Below, piece by piece: positions 1-13,000 of a stretch of 64,000 nt of DNA. The notes under the pieces were generated by a model. That model saw only the letters and a list, made by a program, of their open reading frames with translations, had not been told where the DNA came from and did no database searches. Positions within the stretch are counted from its first letter, which is position 1; every line of letters begins with the position of its first letter. The stretch comes from Octopus vulgaris. Taxonomy: Eukaryota. The DNA lies in assembly GCA_951406725.2 (NCBI GenBank), contig OX597829.1, positions 37,200,001 through 37,264,000 of the forward strand, given 5' to 3'. The translations under genes and the position numbers were made by a program.

Positions 1-443
1 AATAAATATTACCATGGCTTTCATAATATATAAATCAAAATATAAAATATATAAGACATACAAATACAGAAAACCAACAAAGGTAAAAAAATATACATAT
101 ATGTGAAAAAAACATGTATAGGAACATCCCATCAAAAAGCAACTAAAAATTTATAAAATTCTTAAAATACTAAAAATGTGTCATGTTGAAAAAGTTGAGA
201 AAATGAGTAAACAAATAAAGAATAAATCGACTAAAAAGTTTTTTTTTTTACTTCACTCACACCAAAAGGTAATAATCCATGAGTAAAATACTTCGAATCA
301 AAAAATACATCCACACAGACTATAATAATTCATGAGTAAAGTTACTCAGATTAGACTAAACACATCATCTATGGCCATTTCTGGAGCGCATCACCATAGT
401 TTGATTGCAATTGACACACACACACACCACACACATACATATA

Positions 444-1776
444 TCATCATCATTTAACATCCGTTTTCCATGCTAGCATGTGTTGGACAGTTCAACCGGG
501 GTCTGGGAAGCCAGGAGGCTGCACCAAGCTCCAGTTTGATCTGGCAGTGTTTGAAATCCTTAAGCTCTATGGGATACCAGACAAAATCATTTCTGCCATC
601 AAGGTCCTCTACACAGATACGTCTTCAACCATCATAACCCCTGACGGAGAAACATCATCTTTCTCAATCAAAGCCGGAATACTGCAGGGAGACACACTCG
701 CCCCATTTCTTTTCATCATTGTTGTTGATTATGTGCTACGTATGTCAGTTGATACCATCTCTGGCAAGGGCTTTGAAATAAAACCAAGAAGAAGTTCCAG
801 ACACCCAGCTGAGTACTTGACAGACACTGACTTTGCTGACGACATCAATCTTATCAGTGATTCTCTCTCCAATGCCCAGTCTCTTTTACAATCTCTTGAA
901 CAAGCCTCAAATTGTGTAGGTCTTTACCTCAATGAGGCCAAAACTGAATACATAAACAAGTGCCTATCCAACAGTGATTGCATCATCCATACTCTCAACA
1001 ATGCGCCCTTAAATATGGTTTCTGATTATAAATATCTTGGGTCATACATATCATCATCTGGAAAAGACTTTCTAACTAGAAAGGGTATGGCCTGGTCAGC
1101 CTGTAATGACATGCATAAGATCTGGTCATCAAATCTAAGTAGAGACTTCAAACTTGAAATCTTCAAAGCCACAGTCGAACCAATTTTACTATATGGCTCA
1201 GAAACCTGGACGTTATCAAAGAAGCTTGAGAGGCGGTTGGATGGAACCTACACTTGCCTCCTTATGAGAGCTCAAAATCTCTCGTGGAAGCACCATCCAA
1301 CCAAAATGCAAATATATGGGAAACTACCACCTGTATCATCTCTTGTGAAAGGTAGAAGAGTCCAGTTTGCTGGACATTGTTGTAGAGCTGAAAAAGAAGC
1401 CATCTACTCGCAATACCAGAGGGCGCACACTCTCCTACCCTGATGTAATCTCCAGGGATACAGGCATCCAGCAACAGGACATCCATAATGCCATGATGGA
1501 CCGTGAAGTCTGGCGTAGCATGGTAAATTCCATTGTCTTCACCACGGACGAACAATGATGATGATGATGAGTGTTTCTACCGCTGGATGCCCTTCCTAAC
1601 GCCAACCACTCCATGAGTATAGTGGGCGCTTTTTGCATGCCACTGGCACAGGTGCCAGGGGAGGCTGGCAGTGGCCACAATTGGTTGGTGCTTTTTATGT
1701 GCCACCGGCACAGGTATCACAACTACAATTTCCATTTGATATTGAGGTACTTGACTCAATAGGTCTCCTCAAGCAT
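444..1776 (-). mobile_element. (GAT)n-tailed SINE-like/RTE-associated repeat (family C), split by the RTE insertion
   Basis: 444-552 joined to 1577-1776 matches the reverse complement of the intact copy at 8605-8803 (CATGCTAGCATGG palindrome, GGAAGGGCATCCAG motif). Confidence 0.85.
553..1569 (+). mobile_element. 5'-truncated RTE-clade LINE (RT C-terminal half plus 3' end), inserted into a SINE
   Basis: ORF 478-1443 has RT motifs GILQGDTLAPFLF, DFADD, YKYLGS, LLYGSETW. A frameshifted tail ends in (TGA)n. TSD AGTGTTT at 546-552 and 1570-1576. The ORF N-terminus (478-552) is read-through of the host SINE. Confidence 0.92.
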
Positions 1777-2055
1777 AAGAGACAGAGAAATAGAATACGT
1801 GTAATCAAAAATTATACCAGTACATAATGTTGCATTAAATAGTAAGTTAAAAACATAATAAATGTCCAAATGAATGGGAAACAGACGCAGAAGGTTGCCA
1901 AAGCCTCATCAGTTATCAATCAGAGGGTCAAATGCAGTTTCACATCTTAACGATAATATTACTTTCCCTTCTGATAGCAAAATGCTGCCAGGAATTGGCA
2001 AGCCAAAAAAAAACAAGACAGAAAATGAACAGATAAGAAATATACAATTATGTGA

Positions 2056-2269
2056 TACTCTTTTACTTGTTTCAGTCATTTGACTGTGGCCATGCTGGAG
2101 CACCACCTTTATTCGAGCAAATCGACCCCAGGACTTATTCTTTGTAAGCCTAGTACTTATTCTATCGGTCTCTTTCGCCGAACCGCTAAGTTACGGTGAC
2201 GTAAACACACCAGCATTGGTTGTCAAGTGATGTTGGGGGGACAAACACAAACACACAAACATATACACC

Positions 2270-2329
<60 letters not shown>

Positions 2330-2396
2330 TATATACGACGAGCTTCTTTCAGTTTCCGTCTACCAAATCCACTCACAAGGCTTTGGTCGGCCCAAG
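2056..2396 (-). mobile_element. tRNA-derived SINE family A (CORE-like), 5'-truncated, with internal (TA)n
   Basis: Near-identical to copies at 31650, 38130, 41798, 42821 and 57545. Tail GACTGAAACAAGTAAAAGAG. Confidence 0.88.
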
Positions 2397-2710
2397 TAGA
2401 TACAGAAAGTTTGCATACAAATGTGGAATAAATATAATTCAAGATGAGACGATTAGTGGACAAACAAGGGACGGAGATGAAAACAGCCAGGATGACTGTA
2501 GGCACACAAACAAAAAGGCCTTAGGGCCAGACAAGAGATGAAAATCATGAAGGCCTGTTGAATATCCTAAAGGATTTTGTTTATTTACTTCAGTTCATTT
2601 GAGTTTGTACTTTTATAAATATCTTACTTGTAAGTGATTGTATGTGTGCAAATTCACATATATTGGCTTGTAAATGGATGTATATATGCATATGTGTGTA
2701 TATGTACACT

Positions 2711-2743
<33 letters not shown>

Positions 2744-3475
2744 CTGCATATTATATTTGCTTTACTGGAAGCTGTATTTCTACTTTAATGCGATTACTAT
2801 TTTTTATTGGCTATTGATTATTTTGCTTAAACCTAAGTTGTTAGTTAATAGGCAAATACAGTTGTAGTTGCCTATTAACTAATTAGTTTATTAATTTGTT
2901 TATTTCTTAATTTATTCAAAGCCTTTTATATTTAAACTAATTTTATTCTATAGGATACAGGTCTTTTTAAAAATAATATATTTTCTCATTATTTTATTTA
3001 TTTATTTTTATACAAAATCTCTCACTTTTTTTGATTTCCATTTCTTTTTTTTATTGCTTTTCAAAGTACATTTCTGCATTATTGTTTATTTCATAAATTT
3101 TGTATATTTTTCAAATATTTTTCTTTATGCATGTATATTTTTATTCAATTAATTTTTTTTATACATTTTATTTTGTAAATTTGTATGTATTCCTTGTTTT
3201 ATTGAGGTGCCAGATTTAGTAGTACAAGGGTCAGGTCAAATGTTATAGAATGTATGCCACAAACTATACTACTGCTTAACTGTAACAGAATAGGATGGCC
3301 ACACCTGTTTCTGTTTGGTAAATGATTCTTCAATCAGAACATATGATTGGTCTGTTTATATTTTTAACCACTCTTACGTGTTTTGTTACTAAGTTACATT
3401 TTTTTCTCTCAATACGGTTCAAAAGTAATCATAGTTGTATTACCTAGCTGTTGCATTTCTGGATTCATAATACAA

Positions 3476-3506
<31 letters not shown>

Positions 3507-3579
3507 TAATGATAATCACCAAAAATACAAAATTTATCACTTTTATGAAAGAAGATAAATTCTACCACATATGTTGAAA

Positions 3580-4850
3580 GAAATTACATAAGAGTTTCTG
3601 GTAAACAACATTCTTTGTTTTCTGGTTTGGAGCATAGACAGATAAGTTTTACTAAGTACCAACCCTGGAGCAACCAACATAAAGTTGACAATGAGAAAAG
3701 CAAGCCAGTCGATTTCAAAGTTTGAACTTGAGCTTTATTAATAGCTAAGTTGCACTGGGAATTGTGTTCGTTTGAATGCAATTGGCATGTCTGTTGGAGT
3801 GATTGGAATTCTTGGAATGAAAACCTCCCCTCCAGAGGCATATCCAGTGATGATGGTAGCTTGTATCACATTAAGTGATAATGTCTTCACAATTACCCTT
3901 GTCCCATTATATGGAGGATCTAAATTTCTTAGAAACATTATTAGGACTCCTACCTTCAGAAAAAGTTTATGTGGGGGAGTTCCAGGTGGCTCAAAAGAAT
4001 TAAAGAACTCTGTTGGGTAATGGACAGCTTGATTTTGCCCAAGAATTGAATCAACTGATTTGTACTCCTTAACGACTGTTGGAATCTTATTCATTAATTC
4101 ATGGTTAATACTTGCTACTGTCTCATTTTTTGGTGTACAACCATTTATGTGAATTATGATTATTACTTAAGTCTGGAAATATCCTGTTCTTAAATTCAGC
4201 TGGGGGAAGTAACCATGATAGCAATATGAGCCAAACTGATATCACCATTCCTACCAAATGGTATTTTCCTATTTCTTAATTGGAGGAGCCAGGTTGAAAA
4301 CTGTTTTGTACATTGGTCCTCATGTACACATTAGTATTGAAGGAGAATTTCTGTACTTTATTCCATAGGTGTAAAGACTTAATGCATACTTTTATTTCGG
4401 CAAATCTTGTTCATCTCAAAATGACTGGTAATGTCTGTCTGAAGTCTCCTGATAAAACTAATGTAATCCCTCCCATGGATTTATTGTTGCCTCTGATGTC
4501 CTGTAAGGTTTTATCAAGAGCTTTCATTGCACTTTTATGTGATATGATGCATTCATCTCAAATGATCAGGTGGCATTGGCACAACACTTCTGGTGAACCT
4601 GAATCTTTGCTTATGTTACAAATTGGACTGTCATTTGTGACCAGGTTTAGCAGTAATTTAAAAGCAGAATGAGCTGTTCGTCCTCCTGGGAGAATAGTGA
4701 CACAAAGCCAGACAATGTGACAGCAACTAAAATTCTTTTTTGTTGTCTTACTTTGAAGAGAAGCAATGTTGTTACAAATGTTTTACCTGTGCTACAAGGA
4801 GCATCAAGAAAGAAAAATCTCTGCTTCTTTCTGGCAATTGTGGAATGGCA
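3580..4850 (-). pseudogene. Helitron RepHel PIF1-type helicase remnant
   Basis: Fragments FFLDAPCSTGKTF (Walker A), YPTEFFNSFEPPGTPPHKLFLKVG, MFLRNLDPP.NGTR, FIPRIPITPTDMPIAFKRTQFPV and AINKAQ.QTL, broken by stops and frameshifts. A possible Helitron 5' end (A|TCCCTAACTATATAA) lies on the minus strand near 5841. Confidence 0.88.
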
Positions 4851-4894
4851 CACACACAGATACATATACAGTATCAAACAGCAGATGAAATGAA

Positions 4895-4928
<34 letters not shown>

Positions 4929-5865
4929 GGGGACAGAGAGAAAGTGAAGGGGTGTGTTGTCATGTATACATACATAAATAAGCATACACCTTTTTTATAT
5001 GTATGTGTGCATGTGAGAGAGAGAGAGAGTGAGTGCCACTTAGACATCACTCTCTCTCTCTCTCCCATACACATACGCACACATACAAAAAAGATGTATT
5101 TATGTATGTACATATACATGACAACACACTCCTTCACTCACTCTCACATATATACACACATACACACACACACACATACATAAATGCATACAAACATACA
5201 CACAAAAACACACACGTGCATGTGTGACTCACTACAAATACATAGAGCTGAACATGGTGTGCAAAAAGTAAGTAAATAGAAAAATTTTACAGAAATTAAC
5301 AAAATTTGCGAGTTCAAGAGAAAGAATGCCTTTATTTTTTGGACACTGCATGTTGAATTACAAAATTTTAATGTAATATTTGTGTAATAGCAAAATGAAA
5401 GCTGGAGTGTGTGTGGGGGAGGGGGAGAGAACATTGCAAACAATGAATGAGATAGACATGAAATGAAAAAACCATATAAATAAAAACACGTAAAAAACCA
5501 TCTTGTACCAAATATTTAAATTTGTAAACTTAGCAAATACTCTTTTCAGTAATTTATTGTAGTTGTTTACAAAAAGTGAATGAAAACATTAAAATAAAGA
5601 GTGAGAGACTTTGCTGTTTTTATGTCAATGCTGGAAATTGACATTGAGAAATCTTTTTAAAGAAGTGAATCATAAATATGAAGCAATATTATTTATGTAA
5701 AAAATAAAAAATAAACTGATGACCATATTAGGTATCCAAGGTCAAATTATTCATGCATCCCAAGTATGGAAGCAGTTTGTGCATCTGTTTTTGCATGAAA
5801 ACTGAACACACACACACAGGTCTATTTTATATAGTTAGGGATATGTAAGTATATTTATGTGTGTA

Positions 5866-6547
5866 CTAGCCCTATGACCCGATGTTGTCGGGTCTAGTGC
5901 TAGTCAAGCATATTTGGTCTTTCATGAAAATCCTGCTCTCTTGTCATTCACTTGGTCTAACTCGTTAATTATTCCCTGCATTTCTCAAATCAAAAAAGCT
6001 TGCACGTTTGAAGACCGAAACACATGATAACGCGTCTTTGCAAAACACAAAAATGCGCATAGTCATTACAGACTGCCTGCAAATGCGCATGCACATCCAA
6101 CTGTCAGGTGTAAAATTATCTCCGTCCAATCAAAAAACAGACATTTTGCCATTTCTAGATATAGAGATTTTAAGCAAACGTTTAGAAATTCTCTGGGAAA
6201 CTGGAAAATCCAGAAATCCGGGACAGTTCCGGTCCTAAATTGGATAAATTGGTCTGGTACAGTAGTGAGGTGTGATACATAACAAAGGGTGCGAAATGCA
6301 TAGTTTTAAAGAGTTATTTCCCTTGCTATGGTTTAATATCTTTAGATTAAACTGCTGGATTAAGTGAGTTGCATCTCTTGTGTGTAAAGACTTTTGTTAC
6401 CTGAAACATAAGGGGTCAGTTTATCGATTTTTGTTTTCATGGCTTTCAGGGGTAACTGGGGAAATGAAAAGATCTTCACAACCACCCTCAGATAGTACAC
6501 ATACACACAGAGATACACAGACATTTTGCCATTTATAGATATAGAGA
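5866..6547 (-). mobile_element. Non-autonomous Helitron (family H1)
   Basis: The minus strand begins TC and ends hairpin GACCCGACAACATCGGGTC then CTAG, between A and T. Near-identical copy at 63222-63967. Confidence 0.88.
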
Positions 6548-6769
6548 TATATGGACTACCTTTTGGCATTAATAATGCTTTCGTTGCTAATAATATATAC
6601 ATAAATTGCATGCATGCATACACACACACACACACACACACTTTGGTATAAGATAAAAATTTCAGATATTTGTCTTAAACATTCTGACAAGCAAATTCAT
6701 AATTCAGATGTATGACATGAGATATTATTCCATTCAAATAACCACATATTTATATTAAGACAATATATG

Positions 6770-7412
6770 TTTACCCCACCTTTTCTAAGGACTTCCCCTT
6801 GAGAGGTGGGCTGCAGTAATCCTAAAGAGGCCAGCTCAGTCACGAGTCTAGCTGCTGAATTCCAATGTTACAGCTATTCATTGGAGAGCGACCATCTGAG
6901 ATTCACCATTAATGTGTGGTCATGAACTAGAGGTTTCCAGCTTTCCAGGCCTGCCTCCGGTCCCCCGATACCATTGTCATTGGGCTTTTTGGGACAGATT
7001 ACAAAGATGAAGCCATTCGCTGAGTAAATTGTTTGAGGTGATCATGGCTGTGCAATGGTCACACACATGCTCTTGGCCAGGAACTTTTCCACTGCGGCTC
7101 AAGAATTGAGATGTGCAGTCTTGATGAGGCAGGTTGCAGTGAGCTGCTGGAGTCTATCTGCTTTTGTCACGCCTGCCTGCCAGGTGTTGCCCTCTTCCAC
7201 CAGAGTCAAGCCTTGGGGACTTGAGATAGCCTTCCTCCGCTTGCTCCACCATTGGGGTCTTGATCCTTGTGTTTGGTTGTGTTTAATCTGGGACCTCATC
7301 TTCGACCTTGCTGCCATGGGTGGCCCTACCAGGAGTCTAAGACTCAAGATGGTATCAGTCTAAGAATCATTGGAACACACAAGCTCTTCCACCACGACAA
7401 GGGACGACCATC
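6770..7412 (-). mobile_element. RTE-type LINE 5' UTR fragment
   Basis: GC-rich island. The minus strand starts CCTTGTCGTGGTGGAAGAGCTTGTGTGTTCCAATG..GGTAGGGCCACCCA, resembling RTE/BovB-like 5' ends (from recall). Confidence 0.6.
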
Positions 7413-8191
7413 GGAAAAGTACACTTTATATACTCTGCACAATTTTATAAACTTAATACATAGCACTCATAAAATAAATATTCACTCTTATTTATTATCT
7501 TTTTTCCATTTTACCCATAAACAGAAAAAACATATGATACAACCTTTAGTTAAATCGCATATATCTGCCACGTAAAGAAGTGAGAATATTTCACAGAATT
7601 GCACTGATGCACTTGTGTTAAGTGATAGGTGATATAAAAAACTTAGTTCAATTAAAAAAAATACACTTTTCACTTTCCAATCACCACCTCCATCATCATC
7701 ATTTCTCTCTCTCTCTCCCTCTCTGTCTTTTTTTAACCTCACCATCAGAACATCACCTCTCTGCTAAAATTACATTTTTACCTCTCCTCCTCTACCTTCA
7801 ACTAACTTTTTTAACCACATAATAAATATTACGTTCCCCTTACCTCACATCATGGACACTTTTCTCTCTCTCTTGCTGTCTCACTCTTCACCATATTCTC
7901 TTTTTCTCTTTCTTTTTTCTCTCTCTTTTCCCCTTCAACTAATCATGTGAAAGTGTTACAATTACATTTTGTCTACCTCACGTCATGGATGCTTCTCTCT
8001 CCCTTTCTTTCTGTTTCCCTCTTTTCTCTCCCTCTTTTTCTCTCTCCCTCTTTTCTTTCTCCCTCTTTTTCTCTAATCATGTGAAAGCGTTACCGACAGG
8101 CTAAGTAACGTAATGACAAGCAAAATTATTTTAAGACACTAGTAATTTCAGGCATTCTCAAGAATGCTTGAAATAAGAATCTTCCTATAAC

Positions 8192-8310
8192 CCAGTAATT
8201 CTCAACAAGGGTTTTCATATGGCCTTTGGGGATCCATGTAAGATTTTTGTTAAAAATTTATCTGCAATAAATTGGTTATACTTCTACAATACACGAAATA
8301 TTTTAATATT
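8192..8310 (+). mobile_element. hAT/Charlie-like MITE fragment
   Basis: Begins CAGTAATTCTCAAC, resembling a CAGTGGTTCTCAAC TIR. No second TIR was found. Confidence 0.4.
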
Positions 8311-8604
8311 TTGTTACATGTCTTGACCATCGATCAGTAATTTGATACTTTGACTTCAAAGCGACCTGAAGAGAAAAAGAAATCAAATGATAAGAGAGAA
8401 AGGCTTGACAAAATGAACTTCGCTTTCCACCAGCATTACCATGCAGTCAATGCCATCAACTCCTCTATGCAAGAATTGGTCTAGAGTCATCGACACCATC
8501 ACCATAAAGGAAGTGTTCAGCAAATAAAAAATTAAATTCATAGATACAAGATAAAGCTGCAACTGGTGCCTCCACTAATATATGTATATGCATGTATATA
8601 TATG

Positions 8605-8803
8605 CATGTCGGTGGCACATAAAATCACCCACTACACTCTCGGAGTGGTTGGCGTTAGGAAGGGCATCCAGCTGTAGAAACACTGCCAGATCTGACTGGC
8701 CTGGTGCAGCCTTCGGGCTCCCCAGACCCCAGTTGAACCATCCAACCCATGCTAGCATGGAAAGCGGACGTTAAACGATGATGATGATGATGATGATGAT
8801 GAT
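8605..8803 (+). mobile_element. Family C (GAT)n-tailed repeat
   Basis: Ends CCATGCTAGCATGGAAAGCGGACGTTAAAC(GAT)n. Other copies at about 32134-32194(-), 36355-36646, 43482-43659, 43927-44253, 46400-46652 and 50093-50262(-). Confidence 0.85.
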
Positions 8804-9299
8804 ATATTATATTATATTATCTGTGTGTGATAGCGTATTTTTGCATGAATGTTTGTTTCATCAAGATTTATTTAAATTTCTTTTTTTCTCCTTTACATAA
8901 TTCATGTTAATCACTTAACTATGTAATAGGAGTGTTTTGTTTAAATTAAGACAACTCTTGAGGTTTGTGGTTACCTGAAGTGGTTGTTGTATGCATATAT
9001 GTATGCATGTGAGTATTAATGTGTGCACAGATAAACTTACTCTTGTGAATGTACCTGTTGCAATAGATCATAAGTATGTGTTTTGTTACTATTTACGTAT
9101 GTGCATACATATACATTCCATACCTGTAGGTGGTTGTGTGCATATGTTTACCAGGAACCTCAAATGGAGAATACCCTAAATATTCCACAAACTTTCATTG
9201 TTCCTATGACAGGTTGTGAACCCAGGCAGATCTGTTGTTATATAACCCAGTGCATCTATGATAAAAGGAGTAAATGAAAATATGTAGCCCGGATTTAAG

Positions 9300-10830
9300 A
9301 TTTTATCATTTTCTATAGTTGTTCTCCTTTTCCTCAATTTTTGAAGCAACTGGGCAGCTGATCTCTACATCATTGCCCATCCTTTGCTCCCTGTCCCATA
9401 CTCTGTATGTTGCCAGTATTCTTTATTTTTAAAAGTGTAAATGTTTTTGGTTCTTGTGTGTATAAGGAAATACTTCTGTGAATAGCATTGTAGACTGTTT
9501 TTGCAGAGCAGTGTCTTGTGAACATTTTTGAACAGCTACATATGAATTATATCTTCCACACTGGTATGAAAGTTCATAGTCTTCTTGATGAGGTGTGATA
9601 ACTTCTCATAGGTCCAGGTGAGATTACAGTTCTTATCAATGTTACTGGCATTGTCTATATTGCAGCATATATACCCATGCTTAACATTTTGCTGATATGA
9701 TAAGTATTTCTCTCCCGTGTCTGTTCAAGTAGGTCAGCAGAGTTACTCTTAACTCACATGGAACACATGTATAATCAGAGTACTTGATGGGAGGTTCTTT
9801 ACCTCATCTCATAGTGTTATTACTGTTGAACATACATGTGAAGTACTCATTTCTTTCTTTGCTGTTCAGCAGTGATACAATGCAGCACTCAAAGCCAACA
9901 GATCTGATCTTATGTCTCTATCTCTGTTCCATCATTTAACATGTCAGTGTCATTTTTGATGAGGAAGTTACCAGTCATTATTAGTTTCTTCTTAATCATG
10001 ATGTCTCAGTTGCAGATTTCTTCAAGCTTCCAGTCTTATATCCCAAATATTGATGCCAGCACTGGCATTACAAAAGCATTGTAGAATATGAATTAATTAG
10101 ATACAGGCAGCTGTAACTTCCATGTATTCTGAAGTCTGCTGAAGAATTCTTTTATCTCTTTAGCTTTACTCCTAGCTTTCCTCACATATGTAAAACTCTT
10201 GTAGATTCTGAGGTAGTTTTAACCTTTACCACTGATGATAGGGGAGAGAGACAGACCATTGATATGTCAGTAGGTTTTGATTATGTAATTTCACTTCCTT
10301 AAGGACTGTTTTTGGTAATAAGTAGTTGTTCAGTACAGCCCAAAACTTCTTTCTTTCTCCTGTCTGCTCTTCAGACATATATTCTGTTCCACAGTGATCA
10401 TGTGAATTCAAGCATACTTGTAAAAGTTAGATATCACATTCAGGCACATTATAGGCCTGTAGTTTTTGGTTACTCGCATCTGATGGCTTTTAGCTACTAG
10501 TGTTGTACATATGACTGCCAACCAGTCTAGCCTATAAATCTTGGTGTTTATTATGCTTTTGAACAAGTTCAAAAGGGCTGGCCTGAAAAATGTGAGTTTT
10601 CTACACCAATAACCTATTTGGTAGTTTTTCTAAAATCATCAGGAGAGTTTCACTACTTATATTATAAGTTTGGGGGAGAAGTATTCACTCTTAACTCATC
10701 TAACCACTTTATTTCATGATTGTGTTGTTAGATTACATTTCAGATCCACCCCAGTAATAACTGTAGATCATCCAGGAGAGGGGCTTTTAGAACTTTGATT
10801 GCATAGCCTTTTCTAGTAGATGGGTTATTT
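9300..10830 (-). pseudogene. Highly decayed LINE ORF, possibly R4/Dong-like
   Basis: Minus-strand fragments such as NAFVMPVLASIFGI.DW resemble the R4 RT C-terminal region. Many stops. Confidence 0.35.
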
Positions 10831-10994
10831 CAGTTCTCCCTGCCAAATCAATGAAAATCTAATAAAATTATGTAAAACCATGTTTTTTCAAATAAATGTT
10901 AGCAGTCAAGTAAATATATGTGTATACACAGAATTGAAGCATCTGAAGAATCAGATTCACTTGTAAGGTCTTGTATGAAAACATTGGCCACATA

Positions 10995-11030
<36 letters not shown>

Positions 11031-11832
11031 ACATACATATATACATACTCACATACTTACGCACACACAAACACACATGTACACACATTATATGGATGAC
11101 ATGAAGAATACCTCTTGCATGCCAGTGATACTTGCTTACTAACATTGCCCAATGTCAAGGCAAGGAGACAGTAAAACAAACTCTCTCTTTCTCTTCTTCT
11201 TCTTCTTCTCTCTCACTCTTTTCTCTCTCTCTCTTCTCAAGAGAAGTTACTACTAATCAGTTTTGAAGTCTTCTTTGAACAGTCAGATGTCAGTTTACCT
11301 GGAATGAAAAAATGCATTTATCAACAAGAAGGGTTAAGATTAATGTATTGCAAGATTTCACAGCTCTAGCATCACTCCTTCATAGTCAGCCTATAAACTT
11401 TTCGGCTCACCCTTGACAGCAGTGAACCAAAGAAAATTAGGCTCAATATGGTGTATATAGAAAATCTGGCTATTGGACATTTATATATGTTAAATTTTTT
11501 TTTAATTTTCTTTCTGATGTCTACATTCTATATATTCCTCTCAATAAAAGTGCTATCAAAAAAGTAGCTCTTGTTCTTTGCTACTTTGATAACTTTTACT
11601 TTGATAATTTTTTTTTACTTAAAATTTGTTTCTAATTGTTAATATTTACTTTTCTCATTTGTTGAATTTTGTCTTTCTTGTCTGATGATATAAACTCATT
11701 TATCTTTTGTTTTTAAATAATGCCAATTCTTTTTTAAAATAATGCTGATTCTCTTTTTTCTTTTTGATTCTTGTACTGTATTTTCTTGTTTCCTGTACTG
11801 TATTTTTGTTTTTCTTTTTGACTTCTTTTCAG

Positions 11833-11926
11833 CTTTTCACAAAGATTGAATCTTGCAATGATGGATGTTGAAGATAAATGCTGGAATGAATATAACATTA
11901 AAGATGGCAGCACTACAAATCTTTAG
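11833..11926 (+). other. Candidate terminal coding exon (unverified)
   Basis: A long polypyrimidine tract and TTTTCAG acceptor at 11832 precede an open frame FSQRLNLAMMDVEDKCWNEYNIKDGSTTNL*, with AATAAA signals downstream. No homology recognised. Confidence 0.25.
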
Positions 11927-12509
11927 ATGGGAGATCCATCTATCCTATAAACTTTGACCATTTTTGAAAAATGCATAAACCTCTCGTCTTTTCTACCATC
12001 ATGACTTTGTATTATATTGCTAATAATAACCATAATAAATAACACAGCAAAAATATATAGGAATAACATAAGAAACACTACAGCAGTCAGCCTTTCTGCA
12101 AGGCTGTGTAACATATAGTTAAACATTAAGACAGCAATAAACTGCTTTTTTTTTTCGTTTTTGATTTTTGAACAAAATATATATTTAAACCTCCCACCCC
12201 AATAAATTTTTCCATCAAAACTAAAAATCTAAGAAACAAAATATCAAGTGAAACACACACATAAACTCACAGTCACACATGCGTATATACACACACACAT
12301 GCATATGCACATGTGTGTATTATAAATAACTGAAACAGTACAACTGTGATTTAAAGTTTCTCCTTTCAGCTCATCAGGTAATAAATGTTAAAAACAGTTG
12401 AAAATTATTCCAGCATTTCTCACTGGTTGGTCAGAATAAAAGAATAATCAGCACATGTCTGATATTAGGGAGTGGGGGTTACTAATTTTTAAAGATAGAT
12501 GCAAATATG

Positions 12510-12690
12510 ATTATCCTTTTTGGTACAAACTTTCTGATTTACAGCGATCTAAATCAAAGCCTTCCATTGACATTTCATGTTAATTTATGTTTCAAACTTC
12601 AGTTTAATAACAGCAAAGTTATTTTACTAAAATCTTCATTATTTAAAAATTTAATTAAAACAATGGTAATGTATTGACTGTTAAAAAAAG
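12510..12690 (-). mobile_element. Old piggyBac-like MITE related to 47190-47919
   Basis: Shares GTTATTTTACTAAA and AATTTATGTT segments, in reverse orientation, with the 47190 element. Confidence 0.45.
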
Positions 12691-12699
12691 GAAAGCTTC

Positions 12700-13000
12700 A
12701 CCTTTGTTGTGAAAAAAAAAAGTATCTGCTTAGTGAAATTTGTATCCTGTTAGTTTAAAAACATTTTAAAACGAATCAGTGGCATGTGTTGACCCAAAAT
12801 CTCAGTTGTGGATGAGGATGTTTTCATCATTGAACAGAATGGTGTATTTCCAAAATATGCAAAACTAATATATATTCTTCTGTTGATTTTTGTTTTTATA
12901 ATTTAAGAACATTTAAGCTCCTGGGCTTCAAATCCCAAATATGTTTGGACAAATCTCTGTTTGATTTTCTAGCTAGAATAGAAGTATATTTGCAGCTAAT
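12700..13000 (-). pseudogene. Penelope-like element C-terminal (GIY-YIG region) remnant
   Basis: ORF 12896-13156 contains DLSKHIWDLK, the PLE (T/D)ELSKHIW.LK motif. Confidence 0.55.

Noticed and set aside
270-356. Two ~30-bp direct repeats with a spacer (CRISPR-like)
   Set aside because: Only two imperfect units in a eukaryotic context, with no cas genes.
1545-1569. RTE 3' end as the partner of family C (shared CGGACG and GAT tail)
   Set aside because: Similarity is limited to 6 bp plus the simple tail, which is insufficient.
1880-1945. CUGAUGAG on the minus strand near a GAAAC
   Set aside because: Stems I and III cannot be formed, so it is not a hammerhead.
11923-12126. 67-aa hydrophobic minus-strand ORF
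   Set aside because: Hydrophobicity is expected from T-rich DNA. No good acceptor and no recognisable homology.
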